From Halalkalibacterium halodurans (lineage in GTDB: Bacteria > Bacillota > Bacilli > Bacillales > Bacillaceae_D): DNA of 32,000 nt. The translations under genes and the position numbers were made by a program. The stretch is from positions 63,223-95,222 of the forward strand of contig NZ_SNUY01000007.1 in the NCBI RefSeq assembly GCF_004376175.1, given 5' to 3'. Of the stretch, positions 16,581 through 24,579 are shown one piece after another; position 1 is the first letter of the stretch, and every line of letters starts with the position of its first letter. The notes under the pieces were generated by a model. It did not search any database, was not told the origin of the DNA, and saw only the letters and a list, made by a program, of their open reading frames with translations.

Positions 16581-18167
16581 ATGGTCAATCGTATCCAAAA
16601 TCCTATTTTGCCAGGGTTTCATCCAGACCCATCCATTGTCCGTGTTGGTGATGATTACTATATCGCCACCTCTACATTTGAATGGTTTCCTGGGGTGCGC
16701 ATCCACCATTCTCGGGATTTAAAACATTGGCGCTTTGTATCTAGTCCGCTGACCCGCACTTCCCAACTAGACATGAAAGGGAATATGAACTCCGGCGGGA
16801 TATGGGCGCCATGCCTAAGCTATCATGACGGAACCTTTTATTTGATCTATACTGATGTGAAGCAATGGCACGGTGCCTTCAAAGACGCGCACAACTATTT
16901 AGTGACGGCGCAAAACATTGAAGGGCCGTGGTCGGACCCGATTTACTTAAACAGTAGCGGCTTTGACCCGTCCCTGTTTCACGATGACGATGGCCGAAAA
17001 TGGCTCGTTAACATGATCTGGGACTACCGCAAAGGAAACCATCCTTTTGCCGGAATTATTTTGCAAGAATACTCAGAAGCAGAACAAAAACTTGTCGGGC
17101 CTGTGAAAAATATCTATAAAGGGACCGACATTCAGCTAACAGAGGGACCGCACCTCTATAAGAAAGATGGTTATTATTATTTACTTGTCGCCGAAGGAGG
17201 GACGGAATACGAACACGCCGCGACCCTTGCCCGTTCGCAATCGATTGACGGACCTTATGAGACCGACCCGAGTTATCCGCTCGTCACATCGACTGGTCAG
17301 CCGGAATTGGCGTTGCAAAAGGCCGGACACGGTAGCCTCGTAGAAACCCAGAACGGCGAATGGTATCTCGCTCACTTGTGCGGTCGCCCATTAAAAGGAA
17401 AGTACTGCACACTCGGCAGGGAAACAGCCATTCAAAAAGTAAACTGGACCGAGGATGGCTGGCTGCGCATCGAGGATGGCGGCAATCACCCGTTGCGTGA
17501 AGTGACGGCGCCTGACCTTCCAGAGCACCCATTCGAAAAAGAGCCAGAGCTCGATAATTTTGACGCACCTCAGCTGCACCATCAATGGAACACGCTGCGC
17601 ATCCCTGCCGACCCGTCATGGTGCTCGCTCGAGGAACGTCCGGGCCACTTACGACTGCGCGGGATGGAGTCCCTCACTTCGGTCCACTCGCAAAGTTTAG
17701 TCGCCCGCAGGCAGCAGTCCTTCCACTGCGAAGTTGAGACAAAGCTAGAGTATCAGCCAGAATCGTTTCAACATATGGCCGGGCTTGTCATTTACTATGA
17801 CACAGAAGATCATGTCTATTTGCACGTGACCTGGCACGAGGAAAAGGGTAGATGTCTGCAAATCATACAGACAAAGGGCGGAAACTATGACGAATTGCTA
17901 GCGTCCCCGATCCCACTAGCAAACGAAAAGGCCATTTATTTGAAGGGGCGCATTCACCGTGAAACGATGCACCTCTATTTCAAACAAGAGGGAGAAACGG
18001 AATGGCAGCCTGTGGGGCCAACGATTGATGTGACCCACATGTCCGACGATTCAGCGAAGCAAGTTCGATTTACCGGCACATTTGTCGGCATGGCTACGCA
18101 AGACTTGAGCGGCACGAAAAAGCCAGCTGATTTTGATTACTTTCGCTATAAAGAACTAGATCAATAA
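16581..18167 (+). CDS. xynB: GH43 beta-xylosidase (xylan 1,4-beta-xylosidase)
   Basis: NPILPGFHPDPSIVRVGDDYYIATSTFEWFPGV, GGIWAPCLSYHDGTFYLIYTD and LTEGPHLYKKDGYYYLLVAEGGTEYEHA match the catalytic Asp/Asp/Glu blocks of the GH43 XynB family, and a C-terminal beta-sandwich follows. There is no signal peptide, so the protein is cytoplasmic. ATG 16581 lies 7 nt after GAAGGAG. Confidence 0.93.
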   Translation: MVNRIQNPILPGFHPDPSIVRVGDDYYIATSTFEWFPGVRIHHSRDLKHWRFVSSPLTRTSQLDMKGNMNSGGIWAPCLSYHDGTFYLIYTDVKQWHGAFKDAHNYLVTAQNIEGPWSDPIYLNSSGFDPSLFHDDDGRKWLVNMIWDYRKGNHPFAGIILQEYSEAEQKLVGPVKNIYKGTDIQLTEGPHLYKKDGYYYLLVAEGGTEYEHAATLARSQSIDGPYETDPSYPLVTSTGQPELALQKAGHGSLVETQNGEWYLAHLCGRPLKGKYCTLGRETAIQKVNWTEDGWLRIEDGGNHPLREVTAPDLPEHPFEKEPELDNFDAPQLHHQWNTLRIPADPSWCSLEERPGHLRLRGMESLTSVHSQSLVARRQQSFHCEVETKLEYQPESFQHMAGLVIYYDTEDHVYLHVTWHEEKGRCLQIIQTKGGNYDELLASPIPLANEKAIYLKGRIHRETMHLYFKQEGETEWQPVGPTIDVTHMSDDSAKQVRFTGTFVGMATQDLSGTKKPADFDYFRYKELDQ

Positions 18168-18195
18168 TCTAAGAGAAAAGATTGGAGGATTTCCG

Positions 18196-18819
18196 ATGTC
18201 GCTTGCCTGGCTATCCAATGGATTTTACAGAGCATGTGAATGGATCATGACACTCGCCTACTTGAACTTTTTGTGGGCGGTATTCACCCTAGCTGGCGGC
18301 ATCGTGTTTGGGCTTTTCCCGGCGACCATCGCCATGTACGGGTACATCCGAATGTTGCTGCAGAAAAAAAGCCCCCCTCCTCTGTTTTCGTACTTCTGGA
18401 AAACATGGAAGCAGGCCTTTGTTCGCGGCAATTTGCTTTTCGCTATTTTTGCTGGCGCCGGCTGCATCATCGGGCTGAACCTTTTGACGATGCAGCAGCT
18501 TGAAGGCCCGCTTCACACCATCTCACTCGTCGGGACGACCATTGCCAGCATTCTGTTTGTCATCGCCTTCGTGTACATTTTTCCTGTCTACGTCCATTAT
18601 GATTTATCCTTGAAGGCATCGATTTATGTGGCTGTGTTTTTACCGTTTTCCCACCCACTCACGTTGATCATAAGCGTCGCTGGATTTCTCGCAATCGCCT
18701 TACTTTTTTTCATCCTCCCGCCCATGCTGCCATTTTTCGCTGCAAGCTGCACCGCGTTTGTCATTATGACAGGAAGCATGTTCGCCTTTCGCGGTGTTCG
18801 CACCGTAAACGGAAGTTGA
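18196..18819 (+). CDS. DUF624 (YesL-family) integral membrane protein
   Basis: 207 aa, multi-TM. The N-terminus FYRACEWIMTLAYLNFLWAVFTLAGGIVFGLFPAT is typical of YesL-like proteins that accompany CUT1 sugar loci. Confidence 0.85.
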   Translation: MSLAWLSNGFYRACEWIMTLAYLNFLWAVFTLAGGIVFGLFPATIAMYGYIRMLLQKKSPPPLFSYFWKTWKQAFVRGNLLFAIFAGAGCIIGLNLLTMQQLEGPLHTISLVGTTIASILFVIAFVYIFPVYVHYDLSLKASIYVAVFLPFSHPLTLIISVAGFLAIALLFFILPPMLPFFAASCTAFVIMTGSMFAFRGVRTVNGS

Positions 18820-18821
18820 AA

Positions 18822-18857
18822 GCCGATTTTCCTTTTTGCTAAGGGGAATCGGTTTTT
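18822..18857 (+). terminator. Rho-independent terminator of the xylo-oligosaccharide operon
   Basis: GCCGATTTTCC (18822-), loop, GGGGAATCGG (18843-18852), then TTTTT. It starts 3 nt after the stop codon. Confidence 0.8.
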
Positions 18858-18903
18858 AATTTATTAACCTCCCCAGCCATTCTCTTGCATTTCAATTCAT
18901 TAT

Positions 18904-18932
18904 TTTACCTTAAAATAACAGTAGAACATAAT
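18904..18932 (+). promoter_or_regulatory. Candidate sigma-A promoter upstream of the DinB-family gene
   Basis: TTTACC (18904-18909), a 17-nt spacer, then CATAAT (18927-18932). Confidence 0.35.
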
Positions 18933-18986
18933 AAAAGGAAATCAAAAAGTCAAACGCGAATCTAATAGGCAATGCCCAGAAAGTAG

Positions 18987-19502
18987 GTGGCTTATTTGAA
19001 TGTAGTCGATTATCGCTGGATCCAGCAAACACGAAAAACCTTATTAGATGCTTGCGAGAAATTATCAGCTGATGAGTGGACGGCTCAAAACGGGTACGGG
19101 TTGCAAAGTGTCCGAGACACATTGGTACACATGGCCGATTGTTATCATGCTTGGCTCGGCTCCTTTCTATTATTAAAAACGAAGTCGCCCATTTCCTCGA
19201 AGGAAGCTCGGCAAAAGATGACAATACATGATTGCATCGAACGATTCAATCAAGCGGATATTTACGTGGAGGAAGTGTTCCGTCTACTTGGGGATCAATT
19301 AGACCAACCGATCGAGCGTACCATTCCTTGGAGAGAAGGCGGAGATCCCATCTCCATGACGCCGCGGAAATTACTTACCCATACGATGACCCATGAATTT
19401 CACCATAAAGGGCAAATTGTCGTGATGTTGCGCCAATTAGGACATGTACCGCCAAATACAGATGTATTAGGCACGAAAGATTCAACCGAAACCGAGACAT
19501 AA
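18987..19502 (+). CDS. DinB-family (DinB_2/YfiT-like) metal-dependent protein
   Basis: Four-helix-bundle His triad pattern (LVHMADCYHAW ... THEFHHKGQIVVMLRQLG). The start is either GTG 18987 or in-frame TTG 18996, 5 nt after AGGTGG. Confidence 0.85.
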   Translation: MAYLNVVDYRWIQQTRKTLLDACEKLSADEWTAQNGYGLQSVRDTLVHMADCYHAWLGSFLLLKTKSPISSKEARQKMTIHDCIERFNQADIYVEEVFRLLGDQLDQPIERTIPWREGGDPISMTPRKLLTHTMTHEFHHKGQIVVMLRQLGHVPPNTDVLGTKDSTETET

Positions 19503-19560
19503 AGGAAGTGGCACCCTTGCAACAAATGAAGTATTGAAAACAAAATGGGAGTCGATTGCC

Positions 19561-20091
19561 ATGAAAAAACTCTACATCATCACTGGACCCGCTGGGGTGG
19601 GAAAATCAACGACCTGCAAAAGATTAGCGGCCCAGCTAGACAACAGTGCTTACATTGAAGGGGATATCATTAATCATATGGTAGTTGGCGGATACCGTCC
19701 GCCATGGGAAAGCGATGAATTGTTAGCCTTAACGTGGAAAAACATCACCGACTTAACCGTTAATTTTCTTCTTGCTCAAAACGATGTCGTCCTTGATTAC
19801 ATCGCGTTTCCTGACGAAGCCGAAGCGCTCGCTCAAACCGTTCAAGCTAAAGTGGATGACGTTGAAATTCGCTTTATTATTTTGTGGACGAATCGCGAGG
19901 AATTATTAAGAAGAGATGCATTAAGGAAAAAGGACGAACAGATGGGAGAGCGTTGCTTAGAATTGGTAGAAGAATTTGAAAGCAAAGGTATTGACGAGCG
20001 TTACTTCTACAACACCTCGCACCTTCAACCAACGAACCTAAACGACATCGTAAAAAATCTAAAAACGAATCCTCGGTTTATCTTTTGCTGA
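19561..20091 (+). CDS. Small P-loop NTPase / kinase-like protein (AAA_33-type)
   Basis: Walker A GPAGVGKST lies right after the start MKKLYIITG, and a Walker B-like motif is VVLDYI. The protein is 176 aa from ATG 19561, which has GGGAG 9 nt upstream. The track start at 19534 adds 9 unsupported codons. Confidence 0.8.
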   Translation: MKKLYIITGPAGVGKSTTCKRLAAQLDNSAYIEGDIINHMVVGGYRPPWESDELLALTWKNITDLTVNFLLAQNDVVLDYIAFPDEAEALAQTVQAKVDDVEIRFIILWTNREELLRRDALRKKDEQMGERCLELVEEFESKGIDERYFYNTSHLQPTNLNDIVKNLKTNPRFIFC

Positions 20092-20160
20092 ATAGTCTTA
20101 AATCAATGAAGCAGATATTTGGAGAGAATCATTCAGAAACGAAGGAAGGACAGCACTCCC

Positions 20161-20526
20161 ATGGAAAATGTATCAAATGCAAATAAATTGGAATCAATAA
20201 AATCTTTACAATCGACAAGCACTAAACTCGAAAATGCCCTGTCCCAGATGACTCAGAAAAGGGCAAATACTACCCTAGTAAAAAAACGACTCAACGCTAT
20301 TAATATCGGCTTAGCCATACTAGAAAATGTTTGGAATCAAAGACCTCATCATTACACCAAGGAAGATTTAGCGGAAGCGCGCCATGTTCTTACTGGCTTA
20401 TTACCATCCATTGAGAACAGTTATGCTAAGTCAAAAGCAGGTAGTCCTCAAAGAACCCTTTTAGAACGAAGAATAAAAGCATTGGAACTAGCTATTCAAG
20501 CGATTGATGATCTTTCTAATACATAA
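20161..20526 (+). CDS. Hypothetical all-helical protein (about 121 aa)
   Basis: The ORF has coding-like composition and heptad-like helices (KKRLNAINIGLAILENVW, LLERRIKALELAIQAIDDL). I recognise no family. The start is uncertain (ATG 20161 or TTG 20119). Confidence 0.55.
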   Translation: MENVSNANKLESIKSLQSTSTKLENALSQMTQKRANTTLVKKRLNAINIGLAILENVWNQRPHHYTKEDLAEARHVLTGLLPSIENSYAKSKAGSPQRTLLERRIKALELAIQAIDDLSNT

Positions 20527-20626
20527 CTTTCTAAGCTTTCGTAAAGTGATTTTAGGATCGAGAACACCTTTGTTATTCCCCCCTCCCCTATGGATCAAAG
20601 AATATTCATGGCTAAACCGAATATGC

Positions 20627-20911
20627 TTAGTTCCCAACTACTTTTTTTACATTCCCTTTCCTCAGGTTCTTATTCTGATGAACATTTCTATTCACAAGAT
20701 AGATTCCACTTATGATGAACAAGCCGCCCACGACAATTGAAAATGACAACGTCTCATCTAAAAGGGCCCAGCCAGATAAGACACCGAAAAAAGGGGCTAA
20801 AAACAAAAAGGCACTCGTTTTCCCTGGGTCTCCTTTCTGTAAGAGATAATACCACGAGGCAAATTGAACAATCGATGACATGATACTTAACCATAATAAA
20901 ATGACTAGCAT
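20627..20911 (-). pseudogene. 5'-truncated EamA/DMT-family transporter gene (last ~3 TM helices only)
   Basis: QKGDPGKTSAFLFLAPFFGVLSGWALLDETLSFSIVVGGLFIISGIYLVN is the C-terminal EamA repeat. Intact members are about 300 aa, whereas only 94 codons remain here. The ORF begins exactly where the IS4-like remnant ends. Confidence 0.75.
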
Positions 20912-20934
20912 TGCATAAACGAATTGTATTTTAC

Positions 20935-21311
20935 CAAGGTGTTAATATAGAAAACTCTCGAAGTATCCAGTTCCACCTATTATACGTTGGTCCGTGTTTC
21001 AGTATTCCCATGACAGGACGATAAAACGAGCAAACACAATCGTTGTAGGGCTGATAAGAGCATAATACGAACGGCTTTGCCTCATTTTCGAGTTTTCAAA
21101 GAGATTTCGCCGTCTTAAAGGACCTTTCGATATCCCAACGCATTCTATAGATTCGGACGACTTCCTGTTCTAACAAGGGACAATCGGTATTGAAGTCGGC
21201 CAACCAACCGATTTCTCGTTTCTGTTTTGAATAAGGCGTTCCATTAGCCATGGTCGTATCGGTGGAACGAAGAATACCTTTCTTTGATTGAATGGGGTTG
21301 GAATGGAACAA
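20935..21311 (-). mobile_element. Degenerate C-terminal remnant of an IS4-family (DDE_Tnp_1) transposase gene
   Basis: The 71-aa ORF ends in VRIYRMRWDIERSFKTAKSL, the Y-(2)-R-(3)-E-(6)-K signature of IS4 transposases. After an in-frame TGA and a frame change, the similarity continues as KLENEAK.. / RSYYALISPTTIVFARFIVLSWEY*. The N-terminal two-thirds of the transposase and any IRs are absent. Confidence 0.7.
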
Positions 21312-21351
21312 TCGATGTTACCTGACCTCTACTAGGAACTAAACTCAACAC

Positions 21352-21388
21352 AAGGAGGCTCCTTCAGAATTAACGAAGGAGTCTCCTT
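21352..21388 (-). terminator. Terminator hairpin of the minus-strand sugar operon
   Basis: AAGGAGGCTCCTTC (21352-21365), loop agaattaac, GAAGGAGTCTCCTT (21375-21388) with one mismatch. It starts 31 nt after the permease stop at 21419. The U-tract on the minus strand is weak. Confidence 0.55.
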
Positions 21389-21418
21389 CTTAATCGTTCA
21401 ACCCCTTCCAGCCTATCT

Positions 21419-22240
21419 TTATTTATCCCCTCTAAAAGAAAGCCCGTCGATAAAAAACCGACTAAAGAATGCATAGATCACAAGAACCGGGAGGGTGAAA
21501 ATCATGGATGCTGCCATCACATAATTCCAGAACGTTACGTTATCTGACTGAAAGGAATTTAACCCAACCGGCAACGTATACATCGAGGCATCTGACATGA
21601 CGATTAACGGACGCATGAAGTCATTCCAGAGCGCCATAAAGACGAAGATCGCTTGTGCAGCTAGTGCAGGTTTCGCCATTGGAAGCACAATTCGGAAAAA
21701 CGTCCCCATTTGACTAAGCCCATCCATCGCAGCAGCTTCTTCCACTTCCTTTGGAAAGTTCACAAAGAACTGTCTCATCATGAAGATAAACGTGGCGTTT
21801 ACCATGGCAGGGACGATCATGCCCTCATAAGAATTTAACCACCCTAACTCACGCAAGATGAGGTAATTAGGGATCATCGTTACCTGGCCAGGAATCATTA
21901 AAACCGCTAGCACTAGAATAAACATGCTTTTTCTTCCACGAAAAGACAGACGAGCAAGCGCGTATCCAGCCATCGAGTTAAAAAGCAGATTTAAAGCGGT
22001 TCCCACAACGGCAATGATGACACTATTCATCAACCAACGTACAAACAACGGTTGTGTTGAAATGATATATTGATAGTTATCAAGGGTCCAATTGCTAGGA
22101 AATAACGAAAAACTACCGACAATTTCATTTAATGGCTTAAACGAAGCAAAGAAGGCCCACATAAACGGTGTAAACGTAACGAATGCATACCCAATAAGCA
22201 AGGAATACAAAATGATTTTTCCGATCTTTACTTGTTTCAT
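21419..22240 (-). CDS. Carbohydrate ABC transporter permease (MalG-like)
   Basis: About 6 TM helices, EAA loop VEEAAAMDGLSQMGTFFRIVLP. ATG 22238-22240 lies 7 nt after AGGAGTG (the track start at 22246 is a TTG two codons upstream). Confidence 0.92.
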   Translation of the reverse strand: MKQVKIGKIILYSLLIGYAFVTFTPFMWAFFASFKPLNEIVGSFSLFPSNWTLDNYQYIISTQPLFVRWLMNSVIIAVVGTALNLLFNSMAGYALARLSFRGRKSMFILVLAVLMIPGQVTMIPNYLILRELGWLNSYEGMIVPAMVNATFIFMMRQFFVNFPKEVEEAAAMDGLSQMGTFFRIVLPMAKPALAAQAIFVFMALWNDFMRPLIVMSDASMYTLPVGLNSFQSDNVTFWNYVMAASMIFTLPVLVIYAFFSRFFIDGLSFRGDK

Positions 22241-22264
22241 ATGCAATCACTCCTAATTTGTCGC

Positions 22265-23167
22265 CTAGTACACTTGCTCATTTTTTTGGAACTTGCGTTG
22301 GATTAAGGTTGCGATTAAAATAATCACCGCGAGCAAGAATGCAAGTGCCGCTGCGTACCCCATTTGATCATAGGATTGGAACGCATATTGATAGATTAAC
22401 AGAACGATGGTTAACGTTGAGTTGTCTGGTCCCCCTGATCCTCCGGAGAAGATATAGGATTGATCAAACAGCTGGAACGTTCCAATGATCCCCATAATCA
22501 CCACAAAAGACGTAATTGGTCGAAGCATCGGTACGGTAATGTATCGAAACTTCTGAATGGTGGATGCACCGTCTAAATCAGCGGCTTCGTAAAGACTTGC
22601 AGGGATATCTTTTAAAGCAGCTAAATAAATGACCATATAGAACGGAGCTGTAGCCCAAATGTTCATGATCATAATAGCAAGTAATGCAACACTCGGATCT
22701 CCGAGCCAGTTATAAGTAGGTAGACCCAAGGAGGCTAATACTTGATTGACCAGTCCATTTTGATTGTTGTACATGAACATAAAGATAAGTGCCAATACAG
22801 CTGATGACGTTAGAGTGGGTAAGAAAAAGACCACCCTGAAGAAGTTCGTTCCCTTAATTTTTGCATTTAAGCATGCTGCAAGAATCAAAGCAAGGATCGT
22901 CTGGGTAGGGACAACAATGGCCACATAAAACGCAGTATTCCTTAAGGCAATACCTGCTCGATAATCATCCGTAATCCTTGCATAGTTATTAAAGCCAACA
23001 AACTCACTAAAGCCTGCTAAAAGATTGACCTTTTGAAACGACAAATAGATTGCATAAAGGATCGGTAATAAAATGAATACCCCTATCGTAACAAGAGCGG
23101 GGGTCAAAAAAGCATACCCTTGAAACGCTTCACGTATCGCGCGCTTACTTGCTTTTTGCTTTGCCAT
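22265..23167 (-). CDS. Carbohydrate ABC transporter permease (MalF-like)
   Basis: EAA loop YEAADLDGASTIQKFRYITVP. The start MAKQKASKR (ATG 23165-23167) lies 7 nt after AAGGAG. The track start at 23197 is unsupported. Confidence 0.92.
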   Translation of the reverse strand: MAKQKASKRAIREAFQGYAFLTPALVTIGVFILLPILYAIYLSFQKVNLLAGFSEFVGFNNYARITDDYRAGIALRNTAFYVAIVVPTQTILALILAACLNAKIKGTNFFRVVFFLPTLTSSAVLALIFMFMYNNQNGLVNQVLASLGLPTYNWLGDPSVALLAIMIMNIWATAPFYMVIYLAALKDIPASLYEAADLDGASTIQKFRYITVPMLRPITSFVVIMGIIGTFQLFDQSYIFSGGSGGPDNSTLTIVLLIYQYAFQSYDQMGYAAALAFLLAVIILIATLIQRKFQKNEQVY

Positions 23168-23230
23168 TGGGAGACTCCTTTCATACGTCGGAAGCACAAG
23201 ACTGTTACGATGTTTTTCTGAATGAAGGAA

Positions 23231-23254
23231 GGAGAAGGGAGCTGTTCCCTCTCC
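23231..23254 (-). terminator. Intra-operon stem-loop after the SBP gene
   Basis: GGAGAAGGGA / TCCCTCTCC form 9 bp plus one bulge with a 5-nt loop. It starts 12 nt downstream of the SBP stop (23266) and lies before the permease SD, followed by a pyrimidine-rich tract. Confidence 0.45.
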
Positions 23255-23265
23255 TCCATGAACCC

Positions 23266-24528
23266 TTATTGAATCTCGCTGTTTGCGACTTCCTCTGCTT
23301 CCTTAAGTGCTTCAGCCAAATCACGTTGTCCTAAAAACGCACTTGTAAATTGGTTTTGGAAGTTATTATTGATAATCGGCAAGTTCGTATCATCTGCCCA
23401 GACAGTAGCATAGGACTGTCCTGCAATGAATGGTCCATAAATGGGATCATCTGCATAATCTAACTTTTCTGATACAGAAGCACGTGTCGGGAGGGTCAAA
23501 CCACTAGATGTCCAAAGTTCCATTCCTTCTTTACCGGTTAAAAATTCAATTAATCTCCATGCTTCTTCCTTGTGCTCAGAGTTGCGATTCATGACGTAGG
23601 AGACAGTGTAAGCCATTGTTCCTTCGTTGCCATTAATCGTTGGCACCTCAGCCACTCCATAGTTCACATCTTCAAAGTTCTCATCTAAAAATGGCACTGT
23701 CCAGTTCCCTTCAATGACCATGGCTACTCGTTCTAATCCAAACATTTCGCCACCCCAATCAGCTCCAACTTCTGAAGGCTCTACTGCAGAACCATCGACA
23801 TTTCGCATATCAACGATCGGCTGTAATGCTTCAACAACTCTTGGATCTGCAAAAGTAGCTTGGTTATCCGTTGCAATTTGCCCACCGTTTGATTGGGCGA
23901 TAAACATGAGTCGAGCTAAATCGGTGACTACACCAAAGCCGTATTCGTCATCATTTGTTAATGCAATCGCCATTTCCTCAAGCTCTTCCCACGTTTCAGG
24001 TGGACCGTCAAATCCCGCTTCCTCTAGCATGTCAATGTTATAGAAAAGAGCAAGTGTTGAAGTGTCTTTAGGTAATCCATAAAGAACACCATTACGTTCA
24101 AAAGCTTCCAAGAGTGGTTGCTCAAAATCAGCCAAATCAAACTCATCGGTAATGTACTCATCAAGTGGCTCTACGGCCCCTGTTTCAATTAATCCAGGTG
24201 CTTCAAAGGCGTCAAGGAAAAAGACATCAGGTCCTTCACCACCAATGAGACGAGTACGTAACACGTCCATATACTGGTCTGGAATCGTGTTAATGTTCAC
24301 CTTAATGTCAGGATTTTGCTCTTCAAACGTAGCAACCGTCTCTTCAAAATAACGTTGCTCAGTTGGAGATGACTGCCATCCTGTTAAAGTAAGTTCCACT
24401 ACTTCTCCGTCTGTATTTCCTCCTTCCGTTGGTTCAGAAGAGGGTCCTTCGTCAGCAAAGTTACAACCTGTCAATACCACTCCGGCAAGCAACGAACTAA
24501 TACCTAGCGTCCATAACCACTTTTTCAT
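23266..24528 (-). CDS. ABC transporter sugar-binding lipoprotein (CUT1 family)
   Basis: MKKWLWTLGISSLLAGVVLTGC carries the lipobox VLTGC. The body is a family-1 SBP. ATG 24526-24528 lies 8 nt after AAAGGGGA. Confidence 0.92.
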   Translation of the reverse strand: MKKWLWTLGISSLLAGVVLTGCNFADEGPSSEPTEGGNTDGEVVELTLTGWQSSPTEQRYFEETVATFEEQNPDIKVNINTIPDQYMDVLRTRLIGGEGPDVFFLDAFEAPGLIETGAVEPLDEYITDEFDLADFEQPLLEAFERNGVLYGLPKDTSTLALFYNIDMLEEAGFDGPPETWEELEEMAIALTNDDEYGFGVVTDLARLMFIAQSNGGQIATDNQATFADPRVVEALQPIVDMRNVDGSAVEPSEVGADWGGEMFGLERVAMVIEGNWTVPFLDENFEDVNYGVAEVPTINGNEGTMAYTVSYVMNRNSEHKEEAWRLIEFLTGKEGMELWTSSGLTLPTRASVSEKLDYADDPIYGPFIAGQSYATVWADDTNLPIINNNFQNQFTSAFLGQRDLAEALKEAEEVANSEIQ

Positions 24529-24579
24529 CAACATGTTCCCCTTTCACGTTTTGTACTTATTAGAAGAGGTCCCCCTCTA

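Noticed and set aside
17181-17619. Minus-strand ORFs inside xynB (17181-17375, 17284-17619, 17391-17585)
   Set aside because: They are antisense to a highly conserved GH43 gene. The products are Arg/Cys-rich junk translations.
18240-18516. Alternative-frame and antisense ORFs within the DUF624 gene; also 18910-19224 antisense to the DinB gene
   Set aside because: They overlap better-supported genes and have no RBS or motifs.
20504-20740. 78-aa plus-strand ORF overlapping the end of the helical-protein gene and the EamA remnant
   Set aside because: It has no RBS, its hydrophobic product arises from the antisense of a membrane-protein gene, and it crosses an intergenic region.
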